A stretch of 43,757 bases of DNA from an uncultured Candidatus Saccharibacteria bacterium (GTDB lineage: Bacteria > Patescibacteriota > Minisyncoccia > Minisyncoccales > Staskawiczbacteraceae): contig CAZMKW010000003.1 of the NCBI GenBank assembly GCA_964567205.1, positions 1-43,757 of the forward strand, read 5' to 3'. Both the position numbers and the translations under genes were made by a program. Every line of letters starts with the position of its first letter. Position 1 is the first letter of the stretch. Shown here in pieces: positions 18,781 to 28,367 of the stretch. The notes below the pieces were generated by a model. The model made no database searches. It was not told the DNA's origin and saw nothing but the letters and a program-made list of their open reading frames with translations.

Positions 18781-21003
18781 ATGAATCAATTTTGGACAAT
18801 CGTTGTCGGGATATTGGTTTTAACAAGCGTCATAGTGTTTGGTTTTACCTTTTTTCAGGTGAGCGAGCAAAGGGCGTCTTTGGTTTCAGATTTAGAATAT
18901 AGAACTCAGATTCTGTCAGAAAGTTTTAAGGAATCTATAGAGCCAGCATACATTAATAATTCTCAAGAATCTTTACAAAAAACTTTAAATAAATTTACCG
19001 ACAAGCAAAGATTGTTGGGAATAGTTGTATACGACAGCAAAGGGGGTGCGGTAGCTTCTTCTATTGATTTATCAGATGAGGTGATAAAAAGCGCTAAGCC
19101 CGCCCATGCCATGGATTCTGATAGTGCCTCGGGGAGTTTTGTATCTGTAGAAAAAAACAAGATTTATGAATTCGTCGATCCTTTACATCAGGATAGTGCA
19201 GTAATTGGATCGATTATGATTGTGCAAAATGCCGGTTATATAGATACTGCAATTAATCAGACTTGGGCAACTGTTCTCTTGCGATTTTTCATCCAGACAT
19301 TAATTTTAATAATCGCCATAATCTTTATCCTAAGATGGCTAGTTTTTAAGCCGATTCTAAAGATGATTAAATCGATAAAAATGATTCGGGCTGGCAAACC
19401 AGATCAAGAACTAGATACTATTGAGAACCATTCTTTTTTTCGTCCGTTGGCCGAAGAAATATCTAAAATTTCTGCCAGTTTATTGAAAGCCAGGTCGGCC
19501 GCCAGCGAAGAGGCAAGGTTAAGAATGGAGAAATTGGATACCCCCTGGACAGCGGACAGATTAAAAGAATTTGTTAAAAGTTACCTCAAAGACAGAAAAA
19601 TTTTTGCGGTTTCTAATCGAGAACCATATGTACACAATAAAACAAAGAATGGAATAGAGTGTTCTATCCCGGCTAGTGGCATGGTTACTGCTATTGAACC
19701 AGTTATGGCATCTTGTGGCGGAGTTTGGTTGGCGCAGGCAACGGGTGACGCAGATAAAAAAACTGCTGATGCTGATGGAAAATTACAGGTTCCTCCCGAC
19801 GATCCAAAATATACTTTGAAGAGAATTTGGCTTTCGGAGAAAGAGCAGAGGGGTTTTTATGTCGGTTTCTCAAACGAAGCTTTGTGGCCGTTATGTCATA
19901 ATGTGCACAACCGCCCCATTTTTAGAAAGGAGGACTGGCAGGAATATCGTAGAGTAAACGGAAAATTCGCTCAAAACCTGTTACGTGAGATAGATGGCAT
20001 AGAAAAACCTTTGATATTAGTACAGGATTTTCACTTTGCGTTGTTGCCCCAGATGATAAAAAAAAGTAGACCAGATGCCAAAATAGGATTATTTTGGCAC
20101 GTTCCATGGCCAAGCCCCGAGGTTTTTAATATTTGCCCATGGCACAAAGAGATACTGGAAGGAATGCTTGGAGCGGATATTATCGGATTTCACACACAAC
20201 AATACTGCAACAATTTTATGGGGACGGTTGGAAAAGGCATGGAGTCAATGGTAGACCTGGAACAGTTTTCAATTACTTTAAAGAGTCACTTGACCTATAT
20301 AAGACCATTTCCCATTAGTGTTGAATTTACCTCGAAAGAGGAAGAAAAATTAGATGTAAAAAGGCGCGAAGATTTACTGGGTCAATTTGGAATAAAAAGC
20401 GAACACGTCGGCTTAGGAGTAGACAGACTAGATTATACTAAAGGTATTTTAGAACGCTTTAAGGGTCTCGAATTTTTCTTTAATTCTTTCCCTGCGTATA
20501 AAGAAAAATTTACATTTTTGCAGATTGCGCCCCCAAGCAGAGAGGGAGTTGAAAAATACAGAGAATTTAATGAGGAGCTAACGGCAGAAGCAGAAAGGAT
20601 TAATGAAGAGTTATCACAAAATGACTGGAAGCCGATTGTCTTAATAAAAAAACATTTTACTCACGAAGATTTATCTTTATTATATCGTCGGGCCAACCTT
20701 TGTCTGGTCACGCCTTTGCATGACGGCATGAATTTAGTATCTAAAGAATTTGTTGCCGCAAGAAATGATGAGTCTGGCGTTCTTATTTTAAGCCAATTTG
20801 CCGGGGCTTCAAGAGAGCTTAAGGGGGCTATTATAATTAATCCCTATTCGGCCGAACAAACTTCTTCGGCAATATATGAGGCTCTTAATATGTCTTTATC
20901 TCAGCAACACCAACGTATGAAAAAAATGCGTGAAGCGGTAAAAAATTATAATGTATACAGGTGGTCTGCGGAATTTATGAGAGCTGTCGCAAGCCTAGAT
21001 TAA
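18781..21003 (+). CDS. otsA: Trehalose-6-phosphate synthase with N-terminal TM-sensor-TM-HAMP-like module
   Basis: VSNREP, LWPLCH, QDFHF, FWHVPWP, VDRLDYTKG, DGMNLVSKEF; about 265 extra N-terminal residues with two TMs. Confidence 0.93.
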   Translation: MNQFWTIVVGILVLTSVIVFGFTFFQVSEQRASLVSDLEYRTQILSESFKESIEPAYINNSQESLQKTLNKFTDKQRLLGIVVYDSKGGAVASSIDLSDEVIKSAKPAHAMDSDSASGSFVSVEKNKIYEFVDPLHQDSAVIGSIMIVQNAGYIDTAINQTWATVLLRFFIQTLILIIAIIFILRWLVFKPILKMIKSIKMIRAGKPDQELDTIENHSFFRPLAEEISKISASLLKARSAASEEARLRMEKLDTPWTADRLKEFVKSYLKDRKIFAVSNREPYVHNKTKNGIECSIPASGMVTAIEPVMASCGGVWLAQATGDADKKTADADGKLQVPPDDPKYTLKRIWLSEKEQRGFYVGFSNEALWPLCHNVHNRPIFRKEDWQEYRRVNGKFAQNLLREIDGIEKPLILVQDFHFALLPQMIKKSRPDAKIGLFWHVPWPSPEVFNICPWHKEILEGMLGADIIGFHTQQYCNNFMGTVGKGMESMVDLEQFSITLKSHLTYIRPFPISVEFTSKEEEKLDVKRREDLLGQFGIKSEHVGLGVDRLDYTKGILERFKGLEFFFNSFPAYKEKFTFLQIAPPSREGVEKYREFNEELTAEAERINEELSQNDWKPIVLIKKHFTHEDLSLLYRRANLCLVTPLHDGMNLVSKEFVAARNDESGVLILSQFAGASRELKGAIIINPYSAEQTSSAIYEALNMSLSQQHQRMKKMREAVKNYNVYRWSAEFMRAVASLD

Positions 21004-21004
21004 T

Positions 21005-21802
21005 ATGAAATATTTTTTTGATTTTTCTCAGGAAATAATAAAAAGAATACAGGGCGCAAAAGATTGCGCCCTGATGTTTGATTTTGACGGAACGCTGTCT
21101 AAAATTGCTAAAACGCCAAGAGAAGCCTTTTTGGAAAAATCGACGAAAGATTTGATAAAAAAACTAAATAAAAATTTTTGTGTCGCTGTGGTTAGCGGCC
21201 GCGACCTTTCTAGTGTTAAGTCTATGATTGGCTTGCCTGGTTTAATTTACGCGGGCAACCATGGTCTCGAATGGCAGATAGGGAAAAAATCCGAAAACTT
21301 ACATATTGATAAAAAATTTCAGGAGGATTTAGCGCAAATAAAAAATATATTTAAGAGTGTGGCTGTAAATTATCCGGGAATTTCTATCGAAGACAAATTA
21401 TCTAATTTATCAATCCATTACCGCTTACTTAGTGAAAAGGCTTGTGGGGATTTTTTAAAAAAAATTAAAGAAAATATTTTGGCAGTTAATAAAGAAGGAT
21501 TTTTTTCTGTGACGAAGGGTAAAAAGGTTATAGAAATACGTCCAAAGGTTGCTTGGGACAAGGGGGCTTTTGCAAAATTTTTGTTACAGAGGATAAAAGT
21601 TAAAAACAGACATTCATGTTTGGCATTTTATATTGGGGACGATAAAACCGACGAGGACGCTTTTGTGGCGCTGTCCGACGGAATAACTATCCGTATCGGT
21701 AAGAATAAAAAAAGCGCGGCAAAATATTATATAAAAAATCAAAAACAGATAGATAAGTTGTTGTTGTGGCTTCTTAAAAACATTAGCAAGGACTCCAATT
21801 AA
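21005..21802 (+). CDS. otsB: Trehalose-6-phosphate phosphatase
   Basis: DFDGTL, SGR, GNHGLE, EIRP..DKG, GDDKTDEDAF. Confidence 0.95.
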   Translation: MKYFFDFSQEIIKRIQGAKDCALMFDFDGTLSKIAKTPREAFLEKSTKDLIKKLNKNFCVAVVSGRDLSSVKSMIGLPGLIYAGNHGLEWQIGKKSENLHIDKKFQEDLAQIKNIFKSVAVNYPGISIEDKLSNLSIHYRLLSEKACGDFLKKIKENILAVNKEGFFSVTKGKKVIEIRPKVAWDKGAFAKFLLQRIKVKNRHSCLAFYIGDDKTDEDAFVALSDGITIRIGKNKKSAAKYYIKNQKQIDKLLLWLLKNISKDSN

Positions 21803-21824
21803 TAATTTTTTTATCAAGTAGCGC

Positions 21825-21857
21825 AAAAAACCAGAGACTTGAATCTTTGGTTTTTTT
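21825..21857 (+). terminator. Intrinsic terminator
   Basis: aaaaaaccagaga/tctttggttttttt. Confidence 0.7.
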
Positions 21858-21959
21858 GTAAAACGGTGGATAAATAAATTATTGACTGCTTTGTTTTTTT
21901 GATATCATAAAAAAATATTGTTCTGAGGAAGGCACCGTCCTTTGACAAGGAGAGAGTAT

Positions 21960-22274
21960 ATGGGAACTCACATAGAAACCGGGATCCTGTTAAATTGTTT
22001 TTTATCTCTCGACAACATAGATGATTTGTCGCGCGTTGTTTTTGACGGAGTGCTAAGGTCTTGGAAGGTTGTCATTATTTTTGAAAGGGGGGGCAAGATT
22101 GAGGGGAATATTGCAATTTCGAAAGAACTTACGTCCAATATGACAATTGTCGACTCGGAAGTTTTTTTCAGATTACTCCGCGAAGCTCTATGTTACGTAG
22201 TCGCAACGCGTCCACGAACAAGGGTAATCGTTAAAGAGCTGGAGTTAAAAAAAAACGAGGTTCGGAGCAGGTGA
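21960..22274 (+). CDS. Hypothetical protein (orphan cassette)
   Basis: AAGGAG RBS before ATG 21960; own terminator. Confidence 0.6.
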   Translation: MGTHIETGILLNCFLSLDNIDDLSRVVFDGVLRSWKVVIIFERGGKIEGNIAISKELTSNMTIVDSEVFFRLLREALCYVVATRPRTRVIVKELELKKNEVRSR

Positions 22275-22285
22275 TGTCTCGTTTA

Positions 22286-22315
22286 GTCCCGTGTCGGCTG
22301 GCACGGGATTTTTTT
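22286..22315 (+). terminator. Intrinsic terminator
   Basis: gtcccgtgtc/ggcacgggat followed by T tract. Confidence 0.8.
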
Positions 22316-22377
22316 GTTATTAAAAACAATCGCCAAACCGACGATTCTTTGGTAATATAGAACAATAAGTTTAAAAT

Positions 22378-23286
22378 ATGATATATTCTTGGTTAATAGT
22401 AATAATTTTAGCTTATCTATTTTTTGCATTTTCTTCTTTTGGGGATAAGCTAGTTTTAGCTGGCAGGCCCAAGCCGAAATCTTATATTTTTTATGTGGGA
22501 GCGTTCGGCCTGTTCGTGGTTTTATTTATACCGTTTATAAAGTTTGGGCTTCCAACTGGCGCCGGATTAACTTGGATTATTTTAGACGCGCTTGTGCGTA
22601 TAGCTGGTCTTTACGCAATGTACGAGGCGCTAGAAAGATTTGATGTTTCAAAGGTTATGGTAACAATCGGCGCTACCCAGCCTATATTTATTTTTGCTTT
22701 AACGTGGCTTTTTGGAAAAGGAGCTATAATGCCGGCATCAGATATTTTGGCATTTTTGATTTTATTTTTAGCCTGCATTATTGTTTCGGTTGAAAAAACA
22801 CCTAAAATTACGGGGGACTATTTAAAGATTACGCTTTTTTCATCTATAATGTTTTCTTTAGATTATGTTTTTACTAAAATGGTTTTTTTGAACCAGCCAT
22901 TTTTGCAGGGAGTCATTTGGACGGGAATATTTATTTTTATTTTTGTTTCTATTCTTCTCTTTTCAAAATCTTCCAGAAAGGAAATTTTTGCAAAGAGTAT
23001 GGTTTTAGATAAGGGAGTACAGGCAAAATTTATATTGGCTCAAGCTTGCGGAGGTGCGGCTAATTTTTTACAAAGCTTCGCCATATTCTTAGTGCCAGTG
23101 GTATTTTTACCAATAGTTAATTCTCTAAGGGGAATCCAGTACGCCTTTCTTTTTATTATTACTTTGTTTATCTCCATTTTCTTCCCCAAAGTTTTAAAAG
23201 AAGGTCTATCAAAGAGAATAATTTTACAGAAAGTAATTTCCATAATTCTTATAGTAATCGGTTTGGCGATATTAGTTATTTATTAA
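22378..23286 (+). CDS. DMT/EamA-like membrane protein
   Basis: About 10 TM in two similar halves. Confidence 0.75.
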   Translation: MIYSWLIVIILAYLFFAFSSFGDKLVLAGRPKPKSYIFYVGAFGLFVVLFIPFIKFGLPTGAGLTWIILDALVRIAGLYAMYEALERFDVSKVMVTIGATQPIFIFALTWLFGKGAIMPASDILAFLILFLACIIVSVEKTPKITGDYLKITLFSSIMFSLDYVFTKMVFLNQPFLQGVIWTGIFIFIFVSILLFSKSSRKEIFAKSMVLDKGVQAKFILAQACGGAANFLQSFAIFLVPVVFLPIVNSLRGIQYAFLFIITLFISIFFPKVLKEGLSKRIILQKVISIILIVIGLAILVIY

Positions 23287-23301
23287 TTTAAAATACGTGG
23301 A

Positions 23302-23340
23302 ACAAAACAAAAACACGGCTAGGCCGTGTTTTTGTTTTGT
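23302..23340. terminator. Bidirectional terminator
   Basis: acaaaacaaaaacacggc-tag-gccgtgtttttgttttgt. Confidence 0.88.
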
Positions 23341-23350
23341 CTTATAACTA

Positions 23351-23608
23351 TTAAGACAGGTGCTTTGAGACTAATTTTGTCATCTCGAACATGTCTACTA
23401 CTGCCTTTCCGCCAAAAACTACTTTTAACTTGGCATCGGCGATTATATTTCTTTTTGCTTTTGGGTCCTGCAAGTTATTCTTTTTAATATACGCCCAAAG
23501 TTTTTTTACTACTTCAGATCTTGGCATCGGGCCCTTTCCTACTACTGCTTCTAAATCAGCAGTGAGTTTTAACGGCTTCATGAAAGCCGAATTTGCTTTT
23601 CCTGGCAT
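23351..23608 (-). CDS. Stand-alone SWIB/MDM2 domain protein
   Basis: PMPRSEVVKKLWAYIKKNNLQDP..KRNIIADAKLK..DMFEMTKLVSKHL. Confidence 0.93.
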   Translation of the reverse strand: MPGKANSAFMKPLKLTADLEAVVGKGPMPRSEVVKKLWAYIKKNNLQDPKAKRNIIADAKLKVVFGGKAVVDMFEMTKLVSKHLS

Positions 23609-23788
23609 TATAAATAACTATTCGATTAGTATATTTTCTGTTTCGTTCAGTCCATTGCAATGGGGACTGGACTATTTCGAAAAGATTACCGACCAACTAG
23701 TTTTTAATTAATAATAGTGCCTATACTGTAATGATGGCACATATTCTCCTCTCGCGCAACTGTTTTTTATATTTTTTGCCTTGCAAGT

Positions 23789-23821
23789 AAAAAAAGAGCG
23801 CCTTTATGTGGGCGCTTTTTT
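23789..23821. terminator. Terminator overlapping the orphan stop codon
   Basis: aaaaaaagagcgcct/gggcgctttttt. Confidence 0.7.
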
Positions 23822-24142
23822 ATTGTTAGCGAAAATGGGTTTTGGCATTTGCACTTTGTGCCTCTTCTTGAAGAGGAAGGTGCAATCGCGGAACTTACCT
23901 CCGTCCTTTTTGCACCAGATTGTCATCTTAATGTGTAGGGAATCTTTGCTGTTCCAAAGCCTTCTTACGTCTTCTTCTGGGCAACGCCAAAAGTTGTGTT
24001 TTTTTCCATCGGCGCAAATTACGCCCATGCAGAGGCTATGGGCATCGTCTACTTCTTCGCCCAATTCTCGTGCGATTACCGCATTCGCATGGGAAACATC
24101 ACCGAGTGGTTCTATACCCCAGACATATTCTGATTTGGCCAT
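23804..24142 (-). CDS. Hypothetical protein (orphan cassette)
   Basis: AAGGAGG RBS; TTGACT-16-TATTAT promoter at 24217-24190. Confidence 0.7.
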   Translation of the reverse strand: MAKSEYVWGIEPLGDVSHANAVIARELGEEVDDAHSLCMGVICADGKKHNFWRCPEEDVRRLWNSKDSLHIKMTIWCKKDGGKFRDCTFLFKKRHKVQMPKPIFANNKKAPT

Positions 24143-24298
24143 GATTAGCCTCCTTATTCAGCTGGAAATGTTCAGTCAGTCCAGTACTTATAATATACTT
24201 TTTCGGCTAAAAGTCAACAATTTCCCTCTAAATTTATTCACTTTTAGCTCTTGCGTTGTACTTTATTTTGCGGTAAAATAGAAGAATATAAGCTATAT

Positions 24299-25447
24299 AT
24301 GAAGAGAGAAAATATTATAATAGAAGACAAAAAAGAGCAGGAGCTGGTTGGGGAATTACAGACTCGCACAGATATTAAGGCAGAAAGGATTAAGAGGTTA
24401 TTGGCGCTCCCAGATTTAACAAAAAAGGAAAACTCTCCCGTTAAGCTTTTAGTTGACCAGATAATAGAGTTACCAAGATTCAAAGATTTTTACTTAATTG
24501 ATTTTCCAAGAATTGTTGCTGTAGCTGATAATTTTGATGTTTTAAATACTCCGAAAGATCATCCATCAAGAAGAGAGTCTGATACATATTATATTACAGA
24601 AAAAGACATACTGCGCACGCAAACCACAACAATGTGGCCATATTGTTTGCGCGATGAAAATGTACTGGAGGTCCTTGAAAAAGATGGAGAATTCGGAGCA
24701 TTATCTACTGGTATCGTTTTTAGAAAAGATGAAATTGACAGAAAGCATTTTCCGGCATTTCACCAGATAGATGGCTTATATATTTGTAAAAAAGATAAGA
24801 AAGTAATAACTCAAAGAGATTTAGAACTTGTAGAAGAGGATATTGTAAAAACCCTTTTTGGAAAAGATATTGAGTTTAGGTTTTTGGTGGATTCTTTTCC
24901 GTTTACAGACCCCTCGGTTCAAATTGAAGTGAAATTCAATAATGATTGGTTGGAAATTGTTGGTTCGGGATTAGTGCATTCACAATGCTTAAGAAATTTT
25001 GGTATTGACCCAGAGATTTATAACGGTTGGGCGTTTGGATTTGGAATAGAAAGATTAGCCATGATAAAGATGGGGATCACCGACATAAGAATTTTATGGT
25101 CAGACGACCCGCGAATTACAAGCCAATTTAAAGATATAAACAGCAAATATAAAGAAGTCAGTAGATATCCTGAAATTTCAAGAGATATTTCTTTTGTGAT
25201 TGATAAAAGCATAAATTTAAATAATTATTACGAAATTGTACGCGACTTTGCAGAAAACCTAATCGAAGAAGTAAAACTTTTAGACAGCTACGAAGACGAC
25301 GCGAAATTCGGTAAAGACAAAAAAAGTTATACATTTAGAATTACATATTGCTCGCCGGAAAGGACTCTAACCAATGAAGAGATAAATAAAATCCAAGAAG
25401 AGATTAGAGAAGAAACAGTCAAGGAATTAAACGCCGTATTAAGATAA
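24299..25447 (+). CDS. pheS: Single-chain phenylalanyl-tRNA synthetase: alpha catalytic domain fused to the ferredoxin-fold anticodon-binding domain
   Basis: DHPSRRESDTYY, LRTQT, FRKDEIDRKHFPAFHQIDG, FPFTDPS, GWAFGFGIERLAM, then YPEISRDISF...ERTLTNEEIN. Confidence 0.92.
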   Translation: MKRENIIIEDKKEQELVGELQTRTDIKAERIKRLLALPDLTKKENSPVKLLVDQIIELPRFKDFYLIDFPRIVAVADNFDVLNTPKDHPSRRESDTYYITEKDILRTQTTTMWPYCLRDENVLEVLEKDGEFGALSTGIVFRKDEIDRKHFPAFHQIDGLYICKKDKKVITQRDLELVEEDIVKTLFGKDIEFRFLVDSFPFTDPSVQIEVKFNNDWLEIVGSGLVHSQCLRNFGIDPEIYNGWAFGFGIERLAMIKMGITDIRILWSDDPRITSQFKDINSKYKEVSRYPEISRDISFVIDKSINLNNYYEIVRDFAENLIEEVKLLDSYEDDAKFGKDKKSYTFRITYCSPERTLTNEEINKIQEEIREETVKELNAVLR

Positions 25448-25471
25448 TTAAAATTTTAATTATTAACAACG

Positions 25472-27694
25472 ATGAAGCTAAATATAAAATCGAAAGACGA
25501 AGAGCCCGAGAAACCCGCCAAAATTTCTGCTCCGCATAAAATTCAGGCGGACAAGAAGCCGGAAATAAAAAAGGAAACCCCTAAAAAAGAGAAACCGGTT
25601 TCGGCTGAAAAAAAACCTGCGGCACCGAAGAAGGAGGCGAAAGTAAAGCCAGTTAAATCAGAAAAAAATAAACCGGCTGAAATTGAAAAGAAAGTTGAAA
25701 AAACTGAAGAAAAACCGTCTACGTCGCCGACCGAAGAAGTAAAAAAGTCTGTAGCAGAACAGATAGCAGCCAAAAAAGGCAAAGCAAGAAAAGAGGGAGA
25801 ATATACCGCCAAAGATATCTATGTTCTAAAAGGGTTAGAGCCGGTTAGATTAAGGCCAGGAATGTATATAGGATCTACCGGGGTTGATGGTTTGCATCAC
25901 TTGATTTGGGAGGTTGTTGATAACTGTTTAGATGAAGCGATGGCAGGTTACGCTAAAAATATTGAGGTTGTTTTATTGCCAAATAATAGGGTAAAAATTT
26001 CTGATGACGGTAGGGGAATACCAGTTGAAAAACATCCGGATACGGGAAAATCAACCTTGGAAACGGTTTTAACAACATTGCACGCAGGAGGAAAATTTGG
26101 CGGGGAAGCGTATAAAGTTTCCGGAGGTTTGCATGGAGTTGGTATTTCTGTTGTGTGTGCACTTTCTACTTATATGATGTCTCAAGTTGAAAGAGACGGC
26201 GGAGTTTACCAGCAGGAATATTTTAGAGGGGCTCCAAAGACTGCGGTCAAAAAGATTGGAGAATCAAAAAAAACCGGAACCACACAAACGTTTGACGCAG
26301 ACCCGGAAATATTTTCGGAAATAAAATACGATCCCAAAAGAATTTTAAAACACTTGCGCCAACAGGCTTATTTAACAAAAGGGGTTAAGCTTACATTTAG
26401 AGATGAAAGAACAAAAGGGGAAGAGAGCAGTTATACTTTTTATTTTGAAGGAGGAGTGGGCTCTTATGTAAAATATTTGGTTGAGAGTAATACTCCGCGT
26501 CACCCAAATATTTTTTCTATTAGCACGGAGAAAGATAAGATTTGGGTTGAAGCGGCTTTTCAGTATACGCAAGAAATGGAATGTACAGAAGAATCTTTTG
26601 CAAATAATATTTATACGGTTGAAGGCGGAACGCATGTCTCCGGTTTTAGAACCGCCCTCACAAGGTCTTTGAATGATTATGCAAGGCGCGAAGGAATTCT
26701 TAAAGAGAAAGATGAAAATTTCTCTGGAGATGATGTAAGAGAGGGATTAACCGCCGTAATTTCTGTTAAAATTCGTACTCCGCAGTTTGAGGGTCAGACA
26801 AAAGCAAAGCTGGGAAATCCGGAAGCTAAAAATGCCGTTGAGTCTGCGGTTGCAGAAGGTTTGTCTGATTATTTGGAAAGGAACCCCTCTGATGCAAAAT
26901 CTATTATCGAAAATTGTCTTTTGGCCACCAAAGCAAGATTGGCTGCAAAAGCTGCTCGTCAGACAGTTTTAAGAAAGGGCGCACTGGAGGGCTTAGCTTT
27001 GCCTGGAAAATTAGCAGATTGTCTTTCTAGAAAACCGGAAGAGTCAGAGATATATATCGTTGAGGGAGATTCGGCTGGAGGCTCGTCAAAGCAAGCGAGA
27101 GATAGGAGATTTCAGGCGATATTGCCATTAAGAGGAAAGATTTTAAACGTAGAAAGAGCAAGACTGGATAAAATGTTAGCCTCAAAAGAAATTAAGGCTT
27201 TAATTATCGCCATGGGAACTGGCATTGGAGAAGATTTTGATATTGAAAAACTAAGGTATCATAGAATTGTAATTATGACTGATGCTGACGTTGACGGAGC
27301 TCATATTAGGACTTTACTTTTAACATTTTTTTACAGACACTTTAAACCAGTTGTTGATGCCGGCCATATTTATATCGCTCAGCCACCATTGTATAAAGTT
27401 TCTTTTGGGAAAAATACGCAATATGCGTACTCGGACGGTCAGAGAGATAAAATTGTAAAAGAAATGGGCAAAGGGGGAGTTTCAATACAAAGGTATAAGG
27501 GTTTGGGAGAAATGAATCCTGACCAGCTTTGGGAAACAACAATGAATCCGGAAAATAGAACCTTGTTGCAGGTTGCGGTTGAAGAGGCTCACGAAGCTGA
27601 TAAAACTTTGGATATACTTATGGGTGAACAAGTGGAGCCGAGAAAGAAGTTTATACAGACCCACGCCAAAGCTGCTAAAAACTTGGATATATAA
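25472..27694 (+). CDS. gyrB: DNA gyrase subunit B with Lys/Glu/Pro-rich N-terminal extension
   Basis: RPGMYIG, EVVDN, DDGRGIP, VEGDSAGG, PLRGKILN, MTDADVDG, QRYKGLGEMN. Confidence 0.95.
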   Translation: MKLNIKSKDEEPEKPAKISAPHKIQADKKPEIKKETPKKEKPVSAEKKPAAPKKEAKVKPVKSEKNKPAEIEKKVEKTEEKPSTSPTEEVKKSVAEQIAAKKGKARKEGEYTAKDIYVLKGLEPVRLRPGMYIGSTGVDGLHHLIWEVVDNCLDEAMAGYAKNIEVVLLPNNRVKISDDGRGIPVEKHPDTGKSTLETVLTTLHAGGKFGGEAYKVSGGLHGVGISVVCALSTYMMSQVERDGGVYQQEYFRGAPKTAVKKIGESKKTGTTQTFDADPEIFSEIKYDPKRILKHLRQQAYLTKGVKLTFRDERTKGEESSYTFYFEGGVGSYVKYLVESNTPRHPNIFSISTEKDKIWVEAAFQYTQEMECTEESFANNIYTVEGGTHVSGFRTALTRSLNDYARREGILKEKDENFSGDDVREGLTAVISVKIRTPQFEGQTKAKLGNPEAKNAVESAVAEGLSDYLERNPSDAKSIIENCLLATKARLAAKAARQTVLRKGALEGLALPGKLADCLSRKPEESEIYIVEGDSAGGSSKQARDRRFQAILPLRGKILNVERARLDKMLASKEIKALIIAMGTGIGEDFDIEKLRYHRIVIMTDADVDGAHIRTLLLTFFYRHFKPVVDAGHIYIAQPPLYKVSFGKNTQYAYSDGQRDKIVKEMGKGGVSIQRYKGLGEMNPDQLWETTMNPENRTLLQVAVEEAHEADKTLDILMGEQVEPRKKFIQTHAKAAKNLDI

Positions 27695-27699
27695 AAATT

Positions 27700-27954
27700 A
27701 TGCTAGATCAATTAAAAAAAATTGCGGAGCTAAAAAAACTCCAAGATAGTTTCAAAAAAGAAAAAATAACTATTGAAAAAAGGGAGGTTTCGGTTGAGAT
27801 GAATGGTAATTTCGAAGTAGAGAATATAAAATTAAACCCAGAATTGAGCGCAAATGACCAACAGGAAGTTTTAAAACAATGTTTGAACGAAGCCAGAGAA
27901 GATATTCAGAAAAAGATGGCCAAGATGTTAATGGCATCGGGGATTAGTTTTTAG
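27700..27954 (+). CDS. YbaB/EbfC family nucleoid-associated protein
   Basis: Helix, VSVEMNGNFEVENIKLNP, then CLNEA..IQKKM; size fits. Confidence 0.8.
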   Translation: MLDQLKKIAELKKLQDSFKKEKITIEKREVSVEMNGNFEVENIKLNPELSANDQQEVLKQCLNEAREDIQKKMAKMLMASGISF

Positions 27955-27998
27955 AACCAGTTTTTAAGAGCCCGCTAATAGCGGACTCTTAATTTATA

Positions 27999-28027
27999 TT
28001 GACAACGGTTTTTATATGTGATATGAT
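27999..28027 (+). promoter_or_regulatory. sigma70 promoter
   Basis: TTGACA-17-TATGAT with extended TG. Confidence 0.8.
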
Positions 28028-28082
28028 TAAATTATAGTGTTGTTCTTTTTACTCCTACTCTTTTCGCAGAAAGGATTCTGAA

Positions 28083-28310
28083 ATGAGTATAGTACTCACA
28101 TCGAAGGAGGCAGTTCGGATTGAATCGGTTTGCGGAAAACAGATCCGCGAACTGATGGCAGGATTGGTCTCGCAAAATGCCATAAATGTCATCAACGGCG
28201 GTGAGTTAGCTGGGGTGGCATTTACAACCGGGGTAGATCTGGATCACGCCCGGGCTCTTGCCTGGAGGGTGGTCCGTGAGCAGGAAGCTGCTCAGCCGGT
28301 CTCCGACTAG
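28083..28310 (+). CDS. Hypothetical protein (GC-richer orphan cassette)
   Basis: GAAAGGA RBS, own promoter and terminator. Confidence 0.7.
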   Translation: MSIVLTSKEAVRIESVCGKQIRELMAGLVSQNAINVINGGELAGVAFTTGVDLDHARALAWRVVREQEAAQPVSD

Positions 28311-28334
28311 TATTGGACGTGGCGGCTTGTCGTG

Positions 28335-28367
28335 GGCCCTGTGCATGCATCGCACAGGGCCTTTTTT
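28335..28367 (+). terminator. Intrinsic terminator
   Basis: ggccctgtgc/gcacagggcc followed by tttttt. Confidence 0.85.

Noticed and set aside
23781-24281. 166-aa + strand ORF
   Set aside because: It is antisense to the ORF that has the promoter, AAGGAGG and terminator.
25472-27694. parE instead of gyrB
   Set aside because: The C-terminal PRKKFIQTHA..NLDI and overall motifs fit GyrB better; not tested by phylogeny.
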